The position numbers and the translations under genes are program-made. The notes beneath the pieces were generated by a model, which did not search any database, was not told the DNA's origin, and worked only from the letters and a program-made list of their open reading frames with translations. DNA of 38,963 nt from an uncultured Anaerolineaceae bacterium. Its GTDB lineage: Bacteria; Chloroflexota; Anaerolineae; Anaerolineales; Villigracilaceae. The stretch spans positions 1-38,963 of the forward strand of contig CAZAWS010000001.1 in assembly GCA_964488755.1 (NCBI GenBank). The letters are read 5' to 3'. Below are positions 1 to 7,728 of the stretch, one piece after another; within the stretch, counting starts at the first letter, position 1; each line of letters starts with the position of its first letter.

Positions 1-198
1 GAAAAAAGCGTTAAGGGCGCATAGAAAAGCGGAACAAGAGTTGCGGTATAAGCTTTCTCAAATATGAATGATTTTTTATCGCCTTACCCAAACAAGTGCG
101 TGGCGTAAACAGAGAAGTTTGTTTCTGTTGGGCAGGTGTTGATGTTTGAGGGCACTCAAGTTTGGGTCACGTTCGCCGCGGTGTTTTTTATCCCAAGA

Positions 199-1149
199 TT
201 AAGTGTGTGGTCCCCAAGGAATATCTGGCGGTACTTGGTGCGGGGCACGAATCCAACTGAGCCATCCGCCGGGTTTTTTTCGGTCTTCATGTTTTTCAAA
301 GCGAACAAGCAAAAGGCTGGTAATTAGCCCCATAACGCCAATCCACTGGAAGAAGCTGAGTTCTTCTCCGAGTAAAAGGTAGCTGGCTGTGATGGTGATA
401 ACCAACTCGCCCAGCCCAAGAAGCGCGGTTTGCATTCCGCCAATATTTTTTACCCCTAAGAAAAGCGTTAGCCGAGATAAAAAGGTAACGAGGGTTAACC
501 CGATGATGGGACTCCAATCGGCGGTGCTATCGGGAAGTTGGGGGTCAAAAATAAAATAAGCAGAGACGACGACTACACTCATCGAAATTAATGTGTATAG
601 CGTAACTGTTGGGGCGGGGACTTCGTAGAGAACACGTTGGTTGATGGGGAGGTGAAGCGCATATAGTGCCGAGGCGATCAACATAAAGGCTACGCCAATG
701 AGGTCAATTTCTCCGCTATCAAAGGAGGTAATTAAAATTACGCTGGCTATAGCTAGGCTGATGCGTAAGATGGTTAATTTGCTTGGGCTTTGGCGATCTA
801 AAAATGACCAAAAGACAACGAATACGGGGTATAAGGAATAGAGCAGTTGTCCTACGTTTGCGTTTAGCCGTTCAAGTGACATATAGTAAAAAAGAGAGCC
901 AATTCCGTTGATCGCCCCCGCTAGAACGCATCCGAGTAGTCCAAGTGAAAAAATATAAAAGTATTTTCGTTTAAATATGAGAAGGAGTATGAGCAAAAGC
1001 CCTGCCGCCATGCTCGTTCTTAAGGCTACAACTGCAAAGGGTGAAAATCCGGCTAGAATAGCTTGTTTTCCAAATATAGGGGTGAATCCTAAGAAAAGCG
1101 CGGAAACAATTGCTGCAAGGATGCCTTTGTTTTTTTTCCCTATTGTCAT
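199..1149 (-). CDS. EamA/DMT-superfamily permease (about 10 TM helices)
   Basis: 316-aa ORF with an ATG start (cat at 1147-1149). It is almost entirely hydrophobic, with helix-length segments in two similar halves. The N-terminal 'ILAAIVSALFLGFTPIFGKQAI' and second-half 'LIASALYALHLPINQRVL' resemble EamA repeats. Confidence 0.8.
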   Translation of the reverse strand: MTIGKKNKGILAAIVSALFLGFTPIFGKQAILAGFSPFAVVALRTSMAAGLLLILLLIFKRKYFYIFSLGLLGCVLAGAINGIGSLFYYMSLERLNANVGQLLYSLYPVFVVFWSFLDRQSPSKLTILRISLAIASVILITSFDSGEIDLIGVAFMLIASALYALHLPINQRVLYEVPAPTVTLYTLISMSVVVVSAYFIFDPQLPDSTADWSPIIGLTLVTFLSRLTLFLGVKNIGGMQTALLGLGELVITITASYLLLGEELSFFQWIGVMGLITSLLLVRFEKHEDRKKPGGWLSWIRAPHQVPPDIPWGPHT

Positions 1150-1461
1150 ATCAATTGTCTCGTCTTAGGTTATTTCTATGTTTGGGACGATGGTTTCTGG
1201 AGAGTACGAAAGGAATTATATAATAGTTTGTCCCCTTCTGTGCGACTATCTTCTCTGCTTTTGGGCAGGGGTGGGCAGTGGGGTAGTAGAAGAGTGCGTT
1301 TTTTTGTTTACCGATTTGATTGTTTAGTTGCAGGTTTTAAGTAAGTGATGGTTCAGAGTCCGAAAACTTCTGTTTTGGGCTTCATAAAGTGCCAAAGTCT
1401 GGAGATTTTTTATCCCAATTTTGCAGGAAGGGGTAGTGCTTATTTAGGAATTGCCATCGTT

Positions 1462-3141
1462 TTATGAAATGATAGCATGAACTTCATCAAGAAATTCATC
1501 ACTCATAAAGTCACCTTTTTGAAGGAGTGCTTGTATTTGGCCTTTAAGCCTATTTTTTTCTTTTTTAGTTAGTATTTTTGCTGTAGAAACGATCACAGGG
1601 ATATTGGCAGTTTTGGCATCTGCTTTGAGTTCGTCTAATACGCCGAAGCCATCTAATTCGGGCATCATTAAGTCGAGGATGATTAAATCAGGGTTTTCGC
1701 GTCTAATAACGCGTAAGGCTTCTTTGCCGTCTTTGGCTTCAAATAGATGAAAATCACCTTGCGATTGTAGAATACGGCGAATTAATAAGCGTACTTCTGC
1801 GGTATCGTCAACGATGACAACGCGTGAGAAGCGTTCGGGAACGACATGGCTAAGGGCGGCAAGAATTCCTTCCTCGGGAGTATTTTCTGAGGCTTCTGTT
1901 TCTTTTGGTAGTTTCACGTTGCGTGCCCAATTATCTCCGAGTACAAATTTTTCTGGTGGCACAGTGTGCCCAGTGCAGTTTACCACGACTGTGTCTTCGG
2001 GTTTGATAATACCAGCACGTATGAGTTTGAATAATCCTGCAAAAGCAACAGCGGCAGCAGGCTCTGCTGAAATCCCCTCCATTTTTGCAAGAACGTGCAT
2101 GGCGCGGAAAGTTTCCTCATCTGTAACACTTTCGAAGACACCGCCAGTTTCAGCAACCAATTTTTTTAGTATTTTATAGGTATGTCCTGGGTCGCCTGTT
2201 GCCAGAGTTTCTATATATGTTCTTGGGTTGGTCACAGGCTCGGCAACTTCTAGTCCTTTTTTCCAGCTATTTACTATTGGAGCACATCCTGAGGCTTGAA
2301 CACCAACAATTGCAGGTCTTTTGTCTGTAAAACCCATTTTCTTTAGTTCTGAGAAGCCTTTATCTACGCCAATGGGACCCATCCCGCCACTTATGGCTTG
2401 AATATAAAAATCGGGCACTTCCCAATGAGGGATTTCTTCTTTCTTAGTTTCATTAGAGTCTAAGAGCAAAGTTAATTGTTCTGCGATTTCATAGGCAATT
2501 GTTTTCATTGATTCTATAGATGGGATAGAGCGTGCCCCCATATTTCTGTAGAGATTTCTTTGGCTAGCAAATTTTGCAGAGGCTTTTTTTACTAAATCAT
2601 AGGTTTCGGTCACTTTGATGAGTTGGCTTCCATAAAGTGCAACTTCTCTCATTTTAATGGCGGGGACTAGACTGGTGACAAATGCCCAGAGTTTGATTCC
2701 GGCGCGTGCGGCATAGGCTGAGTAGGCGATGGCAACATTGCCTGTTGAAGCTACTACCATCTCTGTAATACCATGTTCTTTTAGTGCCGCCATGGAAACC
2801 GCCGCTTGACGGTCTTTAAACGATGACGTGGGACCTTGTCGTTCGTCTTTTATGAAGATATTGGGGCACCCAAGCATTAATCCTAAGCTGTTTGCTTTGA
2901 TTAGCGGTGTTCCACCTTCGCCCATAGAAAGTTCTGTATTTGGGTTGTCAACAGGGAGCAGTTCTTTGTATCGCCATAAATCAAAAGGACGTTTGGGGAG
3001 TTCTTGAGGCAATGTTTTCGCGATTGTATCTAAGTCGTATTCTGCTTCACGCCATTGACTTCCACATTTTGGACAATCGCTTTCCATTGGGTGGTAGGGG
3101 GCTTTATGTCCACAGTTGGTGCATCGAAGAATAAAAGACAT
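1462..3141 (-). CDS. Threonine-synthase-like PLP-dependent enzyme fused to a C-terminal response-regulator receiver domain
   Basis: 559 aa. The N-terminal Zn-ribbon is 'CTNCGH...CPKCGS'. Threonine-synthase/TrpB-fold motifs are 'GEGGTPL', the PLP-lysine motif 'SSFKDRQ' (K109, codon 2815-2817) and 'ASTGNVA'. Residues ~440-545 are a receiver, 'VVIVDDTAEV...DLIILDLMMPELDG...IPVIVSTA...LLQKG', with the acceptor Asp at 1672-1674. The start lies 2 nt after the kinase stop and follows AAAGGA. Confidence 0.9.
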   Translation of the reverse strand: MSFILRCTNCGHKAPYHPMESDCPKCGSQWREAEYDLDTIAKTLPQELPKRPFDLWRYKELLPVDNPNTELSMGEGGTPLIKANSLGLMLGCPNIFIKDERQGPTSSFKDRQAAVSMAALKEHGITEMVVASTGNVAIAYSAYAARAGIKLWAFVTSLVPAIKMREVALYGSQLIKVTETYDLVKKASAKFASQRNLYRNMGARSIPSIESMKTIAYEIAEQLTLLLDSNETKKEEIPHWEVPDFYIQAISGGMGPIGVDKGFSELKKMGFTDKRPAIVGVQASGCAPIVNSWKKGLEVAEPVTNPRTYIETLATGDPGHTYKILKKLVAETGGVFESVTDEETFRAMHVLAKMEGISAEPAAAVAFAGLFKLIRAGIIKPEDTVVVNCTGHTVPPEKFVLGDNWARNVKLPKETEASENTPEEGILAALSHVVPERFSRVVIVDDTAEVRLLIRRILQSQGDFHLFEAKDGKEALRVIRRENPDLIILDLMMPELDGFGVLDELKADAKTANIPVIVSTAKILTKKEKNRLKGQIQALLQKGDFMSDEFLDEVHAIIS

Positions 3142-3143
3142 AG

Positions 3144-6100
3144 TTATTTGTTTCCTTTAGCTTGTTTAAGATGGTTTAGGCTACGCTCTAGCGTTGCGAG
3201 TAAATCTTCAGTGTTAAGAGACCCTTTTTGTAGTAGGTGTAGATTGAGTGAATTGAGTTTTTCTTGTTGTGTCGTGCTCAGGTCCCCACCACTGATGACG
3301 ATTACAGGGATTTCTCTTAGATGGTGAGATTCTTGCATTGATTCCATAATTTCAAATCCATTCATTTCTGGCATGAAGAGATCGAGGATGACAGCTTGTG
3401 GCGTGTGGGCGGTAATTGCGTCCCAGCCTGCGGGTCCACTATTAGCTAAAATGGGGTTATAAATTTTGCTTTTTGCAAGAAGTTTTTCGAGAAGCCGTAA
3501 ATCATCATAATCATCGTCTATGAGCAATATATCGTAAATTTTCCCGTCATCGTTAATACGATTTAATACGCCGAGTAAATCATCATCAAGAATGGGTTTA
3601 AGAAGATAGTCTGTTGCACCCAAGGAATAGCCTTTCTCGGTGTCTTCAATAATGCTACAAATAATTGTTGGGTAGTGTTGTGTTTCTGCATCAGATTTTA
3701 AATCTTCTAAAACTTGCCAACCATCATAATTGGGCATCATAATATCGAGTGTGATGGCATAGGGTTTGAGTTCTTTTGCGCGTTCAACAGCTTTTTGAGG
3801 GTCGGTTAGAGCAACCACTTGATAGCCTTGTGAATTTAGGTAGCGTTTATATAAATCAATAACTTTTTCATCATCGTCAATGGCAAGAATAATGGGGGTG
3901 TCGTCTAGCTTTTCTATTTTTTTGCTTTCCACAATTTTTTGTTGAGATTTAAAGAAGGGAAGTGTGAAATAGAATTCACTGCCTTTGTTTATTTCACTAT
4001 TTAGCCCGATTTCGCCGCCGTGCATGGTGACCAATTCTTTGGAGATAGAAAGCCCTAGACCAGAACCACCTGTTGCACGAGTAGCAGAAGCGTCCACTTG
4101 CGAAAATGCTTGGAAGAGTTTTTCTTGATCTTTTTTTGAGATGCCAGGTCCGCTATCTTTGACACCGATACGAACAAAACTTCCTTTTGCTTTGGCGGTG
4201 ACTTTGATGGTGCCCTCATCTGTAAATTTAGCCGCATTTGAGAAGAAGTTGATGAGGATTTGGCGCACGCGCATCGAATCGGCTTTGACTGGTGGGAGAT
4301 TGGCTTCGATTTCGTCCTCTAGGCGCACCGGTTTATCTTTAACCAAGCCCATTACCGTAGACATGACGCTTTTAATTGTCTTTTCTATATCAACTTCATC
4401 AAAGGTTAGCTCCATCTTTCCAGCTTCAATCTTCGATAGGTCAAGAATATCGTTAATTAGTCCAAGAAGGTGTTGTCCTGAGTTATAGATTGCTGTTAGG
4501 TCTTGTTCTTGCAGATCGGTTACAGGTCCGTCAATGCCTTTGAGAATAACGCGTGAGAAGCCGATGATAGAGTTTAGCGGTGTTCGTAGTTCATGGCTCA
4601 TATTGGCTAAGAATTGGCTCTTAAGTGTTTCTAGTTCTTTCATCTCAAAAAAAGCATCTTGCGCCAATTTATAGGAACGAGCGTTGTCAATGGCGGTGGA
4701 GAACTGGTCTGCTAGTACCTCTAGGACAGCGATATCTTCTGGGGTGAAGGCATCTACTTCGGTTGCTTGCAAATCTAATGCGCCAATGATTCTGCGTCCG
4801 ATTTTGAGAGGGATGGCGGCTTCCGCTTTTGTTTCAGGCAGAAGTGGGTTGATATGATGATTTGGGTCTTTGGAGACGTCGTTGACAATATAAGGTTTTC
4901 CCTCTCTGTCTCTGTCTGTTGCCATCCCTACAACAGATTTTGAGCCAATTTTTAGGGCGTGTTTGTTTTTCTTCATTTCTTCACCGGCTTTGCCGGTTGC
5001 TTCTCGAACGATAACTTCTAGTCCGGCACCAGCTTCTTCGGTGGTGAAGATTGCGGCATGGTAATAGCCAAAATGGTCTTGAAGAAGATTGACTGCGCGC
5101 TTGAAGAGAATGCCTGTATCTAGGGTTGAGGTCACTAGGCGTCCGACTTCGGCGGCGGCTTCCATATATTCGTTTTGGCGTTGTAGGGTGGCTTCGGTTT
5201 TTTTTATATCTGTAATATCTATGACCGTACTTAGCCAGGCGTCTTGACCTTTATACTCAAAGGTTTGGGTTGATGATAGCCCCCAAAACATTTCACCATT
5301 ATCGCGTATATAGCGATTTTCGATGTTAATAAAGCCGCCTTGCTTTTGAACTAGGTCATTGAATTCTTCTCGTTCTTTATCTGAGTAATAGAAGCGGCCT
5401 GCGGGGGTGCCTAAAATTTCATCTAGGGGTAAGCCTAATGTATCGGAAACGGCTTGATTTGCATATAAAAAGGTGCCATCGGCGGCACTGGTGATGTGCA
5501 TTGGGACGGAGGCTGAGTCTAGAATAAATTGAACGCGTGCGTGGGCACTTTCTAGTTCTTTTTCGGCTTCTTTGCGCTCGGTAATATCGCGTGCTACCCA
5601 ATATACTTGGTTTTCACTTAATTTTGAAAGACTTGCGTCAAACCAAATTTCTTTTCCGTCAATTTCTAGGGGATATTCGATCTTGATGGTTTCATCACTT
5701 GCTAGTGCTCTTTGAATAGATTCTTGAAAAAAGGTAGCGGTTTCTTCGGGCATGATTTCGTCCATACGTTTGCCGAGCAGTTCTTGGGGGAGGCGGTAGA
5801 GACCATCCGTTTTTGTGGGGGCAATTCGTAGGTAGCGAGTGTCTTTATCGACTACGAAGATCACATCTTCCATTGCGGCAAAGAGAGAGCGAAATTCAGC
5901 TTCGGATGATTGTGTTTTATCAAAAAGACGCGACGTTTCAATAGAGGTGCTAACTTGAAGTAATATGGTTTGAATTAAATCGGTTTGGTTTTCTGTAAGC
6001 GTTTTTGTAGGGGAGGCAAAATCGACACCAAGGGTGCCAATGGTTTCGTTGCCAGCAATTAGAGGAAAGATGATGAGACTCTCTGTTTTTCGTTCTTTCA

Positions 6101-6797
6101 TAATATCTTTGATGCCTGTTGTTAGTGGATTGTTTTGAACATCAAGAATTGAAAGCGGTTGTTGATTTTCTAATACGATTACGCTGGTTGGGTTGTTTTC
6201 TAAAGGAATTTTTATTCCCAAGTCTTCTGGGGTTGGTGGGAAATCAGCGGTTAAAATTAGGTTCTTTTTTTCTTCATCAAGCAAGGTTATGCCAACGTGG
6301 AGTGCATTGCTTATTTTGGCAATTTCTTTTGCTATATACTGTAAATCGTCTTGCATATTTAGTGTGCTAGAGATCTGTGTAACAATTTTATTTACAAGGG
6401 CTAATTCTTTTCTACGTCTTTCTGTTTCTTCAAAAAGGTGCGCGTTTTCTAGGGCTAGCGAGAGTTGTTCTGTTACTTGTTGTACAAGCATCTGTTCTTC
6501 GATATCCCACTCACGTTTGGGGGTGTCATCAACGATCTGAAGTGTCCCCCAGCGATCTGTATCCATGCGAAGAGGCAAGCTCATCGTCGCGTAGGTATCG
6601 GTTATATCCACCTGTATATCAAGTGAATCGGGTGTTGTTTTTCTGTGCCGTTCCGATGAGAGTGCTACGTCCAATTGGGGTAGTTTTTGTGTAACACCAA
6701 GCTTAGGCGCGCGTAGAGGGTGCTTTATTGCTTTTTCTCTTTCTTTGATATTATCAAAGAGTTTATTAAGCCGGTTGTCTATTTGATTCTTTGACAT
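3144..6797 (-). CDS. Soluble hybrid sensor histidine kinase (tail-like module, GAF, PAS, PAS, GAF, HisKA, HATPase_c, REC, REC)
   Basis: No hydrophobic TM segment is present. The H-box is 'SHELRTPLNSIIGF' (His codon 4593-4595). Other kinase motifs are the N-box 'QILINFFSNAAKFT', G1 'VKDSGPGI' and G2 'GGSGLGLSISKELV'. The two receivers are 'ILAIDDD...TLDIMMPNYDG...YLLKP' and 'ILLIDDD...ILDLFMPEMNG...LLQKG'. The PAS-like stretches are 'FRSLFAAMEDVIFVVD' and 'RVQFILDSASVPMHITS'. The second GAF is 'YYHAAIFTT...LPETKAEAAIPLKIGRRIIGALDLQA'. The ORF track starts at a TTG (6803). I prefer the ATG at 6795-6797, which has AGGAG 10 nt upstream. Confidence 0.95.
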   Translation of the reverse strand: MSKNQIDNRLNKLFDNIKEREKAIKHPLRAPKLGVTQKLPQLDVALSSERHRKTTPDSLDIQVDITDTYATMSLPLRMDTDRWGTLQIVDDTPKREWDIEEQMLVQQVTEQLSLALENAHLFEETERRRKELALVNKIVTQISSTLNMQDDLQYIAKEIAKISNALHVGITLLDEEKKNLILTADFPPTPEDLGIKIPLENNPTSVIVLENQQPLSILDVQNNPLTTGIKDIMKERKTESLIIFPLIAGNETIGTLGVDFASPTKTLTENQTDLIQTILLQVSTSIETSRLFDKTQSSEAEFRSLFAAMEDVIFVVDKDTRYLRIAPTKTDGLYRLPQELLGKRMDEIMPEETATFFQESIQRALASDETIKIEYPLEIDGKEIWFDASLSKLSENQVYWVARDITERKEAEKELESAHARVQFILDSASVPMHITSAADGTFLYANQAVSDTLGLPLDEILGTPAGRFYYSDKEREEFNDLVQKQGGFINIENRYIRDNGEMFWGLSSTQTFEYKGQDAWLSTVIDITDIKKTEATLQRQNEYMEAAAEVGRLVTSTLDTGILFKRAVNLLQDHFGYYHAAIFTTEEAGAGLEVIVREATGKAGEEMKKNKHALKIGSKSVVGMATDRDREGKPYIVNDVSKDPNHHINPLLPETKAEAAIPLKIGRRIIGALDLQATEVDAFTPEDIAVLEVLADQFSTAIDNARSYKLAQDAFFEMKELETLKSQFLANMSHELRTPLNSIIGFSRVILKGIDGPVTDLQEQDLTAIYNSGQHLLGLINDILDLSKIEAGKMELTFDEVDIEKTIKSVMSTVMGLVKDKPVRLEDEIEANLPPVKADSMRVRQILINFFSNAAKFTDEGTIKVTAKAKGSFVRIGVKDSGPGISKKDQEKLFQAFSQVDASATRATGGSGLGLSISKELVTMHGGEIGLNSEINKGSEFYFTLPFFKSQQKIVESKKIEKLDDTPIILAIDDDEKVIDLYKRYLNSQGYQVVALTDPQKAVERAKELKPYAITLDIMMPNYDGWQVLEDLKSDAETQHYPTIICSIIEDTEKGYSLGATDYLLKPILDDDLLGVLNRINDDGKIYDILLIDDDYDDLRLLEKLLAKSKIYNPILANSGPAGWDAITAHTPQAVILDLFMPEMNGFEIMESMQESHHLREIPVIVISGGDLSTTQQEKLNSLNLHLLQKGSLNTEDLLATLERSLNHLKQAKGNK

Positions 6798-7551
6798 ATT
6801 CAATTAGCTCCTGTGCCAAAATACGATATTGTTCGGCTCCGCGGGTATTGGATTTGTACTCGGTGATTGGCAAGCCAAGAATGGGGCTTTCGCGTAGTTT
6901 TGTATCTATTTCGATAATGCTTTTGAAGAGACCTTCGCCGAAGGTGTTTTCTAGCTGGGCTTGAATGGTGCGGTGTGATTTATTGCGACGGTCGAGCATG
7001 GTAATTAGGATGCGGTAGGCTAAGGGGGAGTTGTTGCTATCACGCACTTTTCGGACAAGTGACATCATATTTCGTAGGGCGTAGGCTGAGAAATATTCTG
7101 CTTGCGTGGGGATGATGAGTAGGTTGGACGCGTTTAGCGCGTTTAGTGTGACTGCGCCAAGTGCGGGGGGGCAATCGATGAGCACAAAATCGTATTTCAT
7201 TGGTTGGGATGCAAAAATGGCGTCTGTGAGGCGTGTGGCATAATTTAGATGAATGGGTAAGAGTTGTTCGGCGCGTTCCATTTTTTTGCTGGATGGCACA
7301 ATTTCTAGGTGGTTGATATTGGTTTTTTGCCAGACATTTTCTAGGGGGACGTTTTCAAGCAAAATATCACTTGAGGTTAACGCCGCCCCCCCCGGCTCGA
7401 AACCTACTGCTAGGGTTAGATTGGCTTGCGCGTCTAAATCTACTAGGAGGACTTGGTATCCTTTTTCTGCTAGGGCGGCACCAAGGGATAGGGTGGTGGT
7501 GGTTTTTGCTACGCCACCTTTTTCGTTCGAAATTGCGATTGTATAAGTCAT
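6766..7551 (-). CDS. ParA/Soj/MinD-family P-loop ATPase (orphan, no ParB partner in the window)
   Basis: 261 aa. The deviant Walker A is 'SNEKGGVAKTTT', A' is 'LLVDLDAQAN' and Walker B is 'FVLIDCPPALG'. It has an ATG start with GAGG upstream. Its 3' end overlaps the kinase start by 32 nt. Confidence 0.9.
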   Translation of the reverse strand: MTYTIAISNEKGGVAKTTTTLSLGAALAEKGYQVLLVDLDAQANLTLAVGFEPGGAALTSSDILLENVPLENVWQKTNINHLEIVPSSKKMERAEQLLPIHLNYATRLTDAIFASQPMKYDFVLIDCPPALGAVTLNALNASNLLIIPTQAEYFSAYALRNMMSLVRKVRDSNNSPLAYRILITMLDRRNKSHRTIQAQLENTFGEGLFKSIIEIDTKLRESPILGLPITEYKSNTRGAEQYRILAQELIEYVKESNRQPA

Positions 7552-7666
7552 TTCTCGCCTCGCTTTTTATTTGGGCTTGCTACCGTTGATTGGGCGGTTT
7601 TTGTGTGTTGTCATTTTTGCTAATTTTGCTTTGTTTCTGTGGTTCTTAGGAATGAGAATTAAATAA

Positions 7667-7695
7667 CTTATACATTTGAAGCATACTTCACTCAA
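7667..7695 (-). promoter_or_regulatory. Candidate sigma70-type internal promoter upstream of the ParA-kinase-PLP enzyme genes
   Basis: On the minus strand the sequence reads TTGAGT (7690-7695), a 17-nt spacer, then TATAAG (7667-7672). It sits in the 177-nt gap between sensor P1 and the ParA gene, the largest gap in the cluster. Confidence 0.25.
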
Positions 7696-7728
7696 ATTTC
7701 GCCTCATTAATGGGTAATTTATTTCTTC

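Noticed and set aside
2-67. A possible 3' end of a plus-strand gene at the left edge (frame 2 reads 'KKALRAHRKAEQELRYKLSQI' then a stop).
   Set aside because: Only 21 codons are visible, with no motif, so it cannot be distinguished from a chance open frame.
1150-1461. A 312-nt intergenic region between the operon end and the EamA gene was inspected for a riboswitch, sRNA, terminator or promoter.
   Set aside because: It contains only a TATAAT-like hexamer (around 1217-1222, minus strand) without a matching -35, and an imperfect hairpin (about 1360-1383) without a U-tract. Nothing is strong enough to report.
1462-3141. Annotating the PLP enzyme simply as housekeeping threonine synthase (thrC).
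   Set aside because: Its motifs fit the threonine-synthase fold. However, it carries a C-terminal receiver, is the last gene of a signalling operon and has no thrA or thrB neighbours. Substrate specificity cannot be decided from the sequence by eye.
7165-7171. Homopolymer tracts within coding sequence could in principle be phase-variation switches. They are G7 at 7165-7171 and C8 at 7386-7393 in the ParA gene, and G7 at 9320-9326 in P1.
   Set aside because: They are short (7-8 nt) and encode conserved Pro-Pro or Gly-Gly dipeptides ('CPPALG', 'EPGGAA', 'APPIF'). The equivalent position in P2 is not a homopolymer, and nothing else suggests contingency-locus behaviour.
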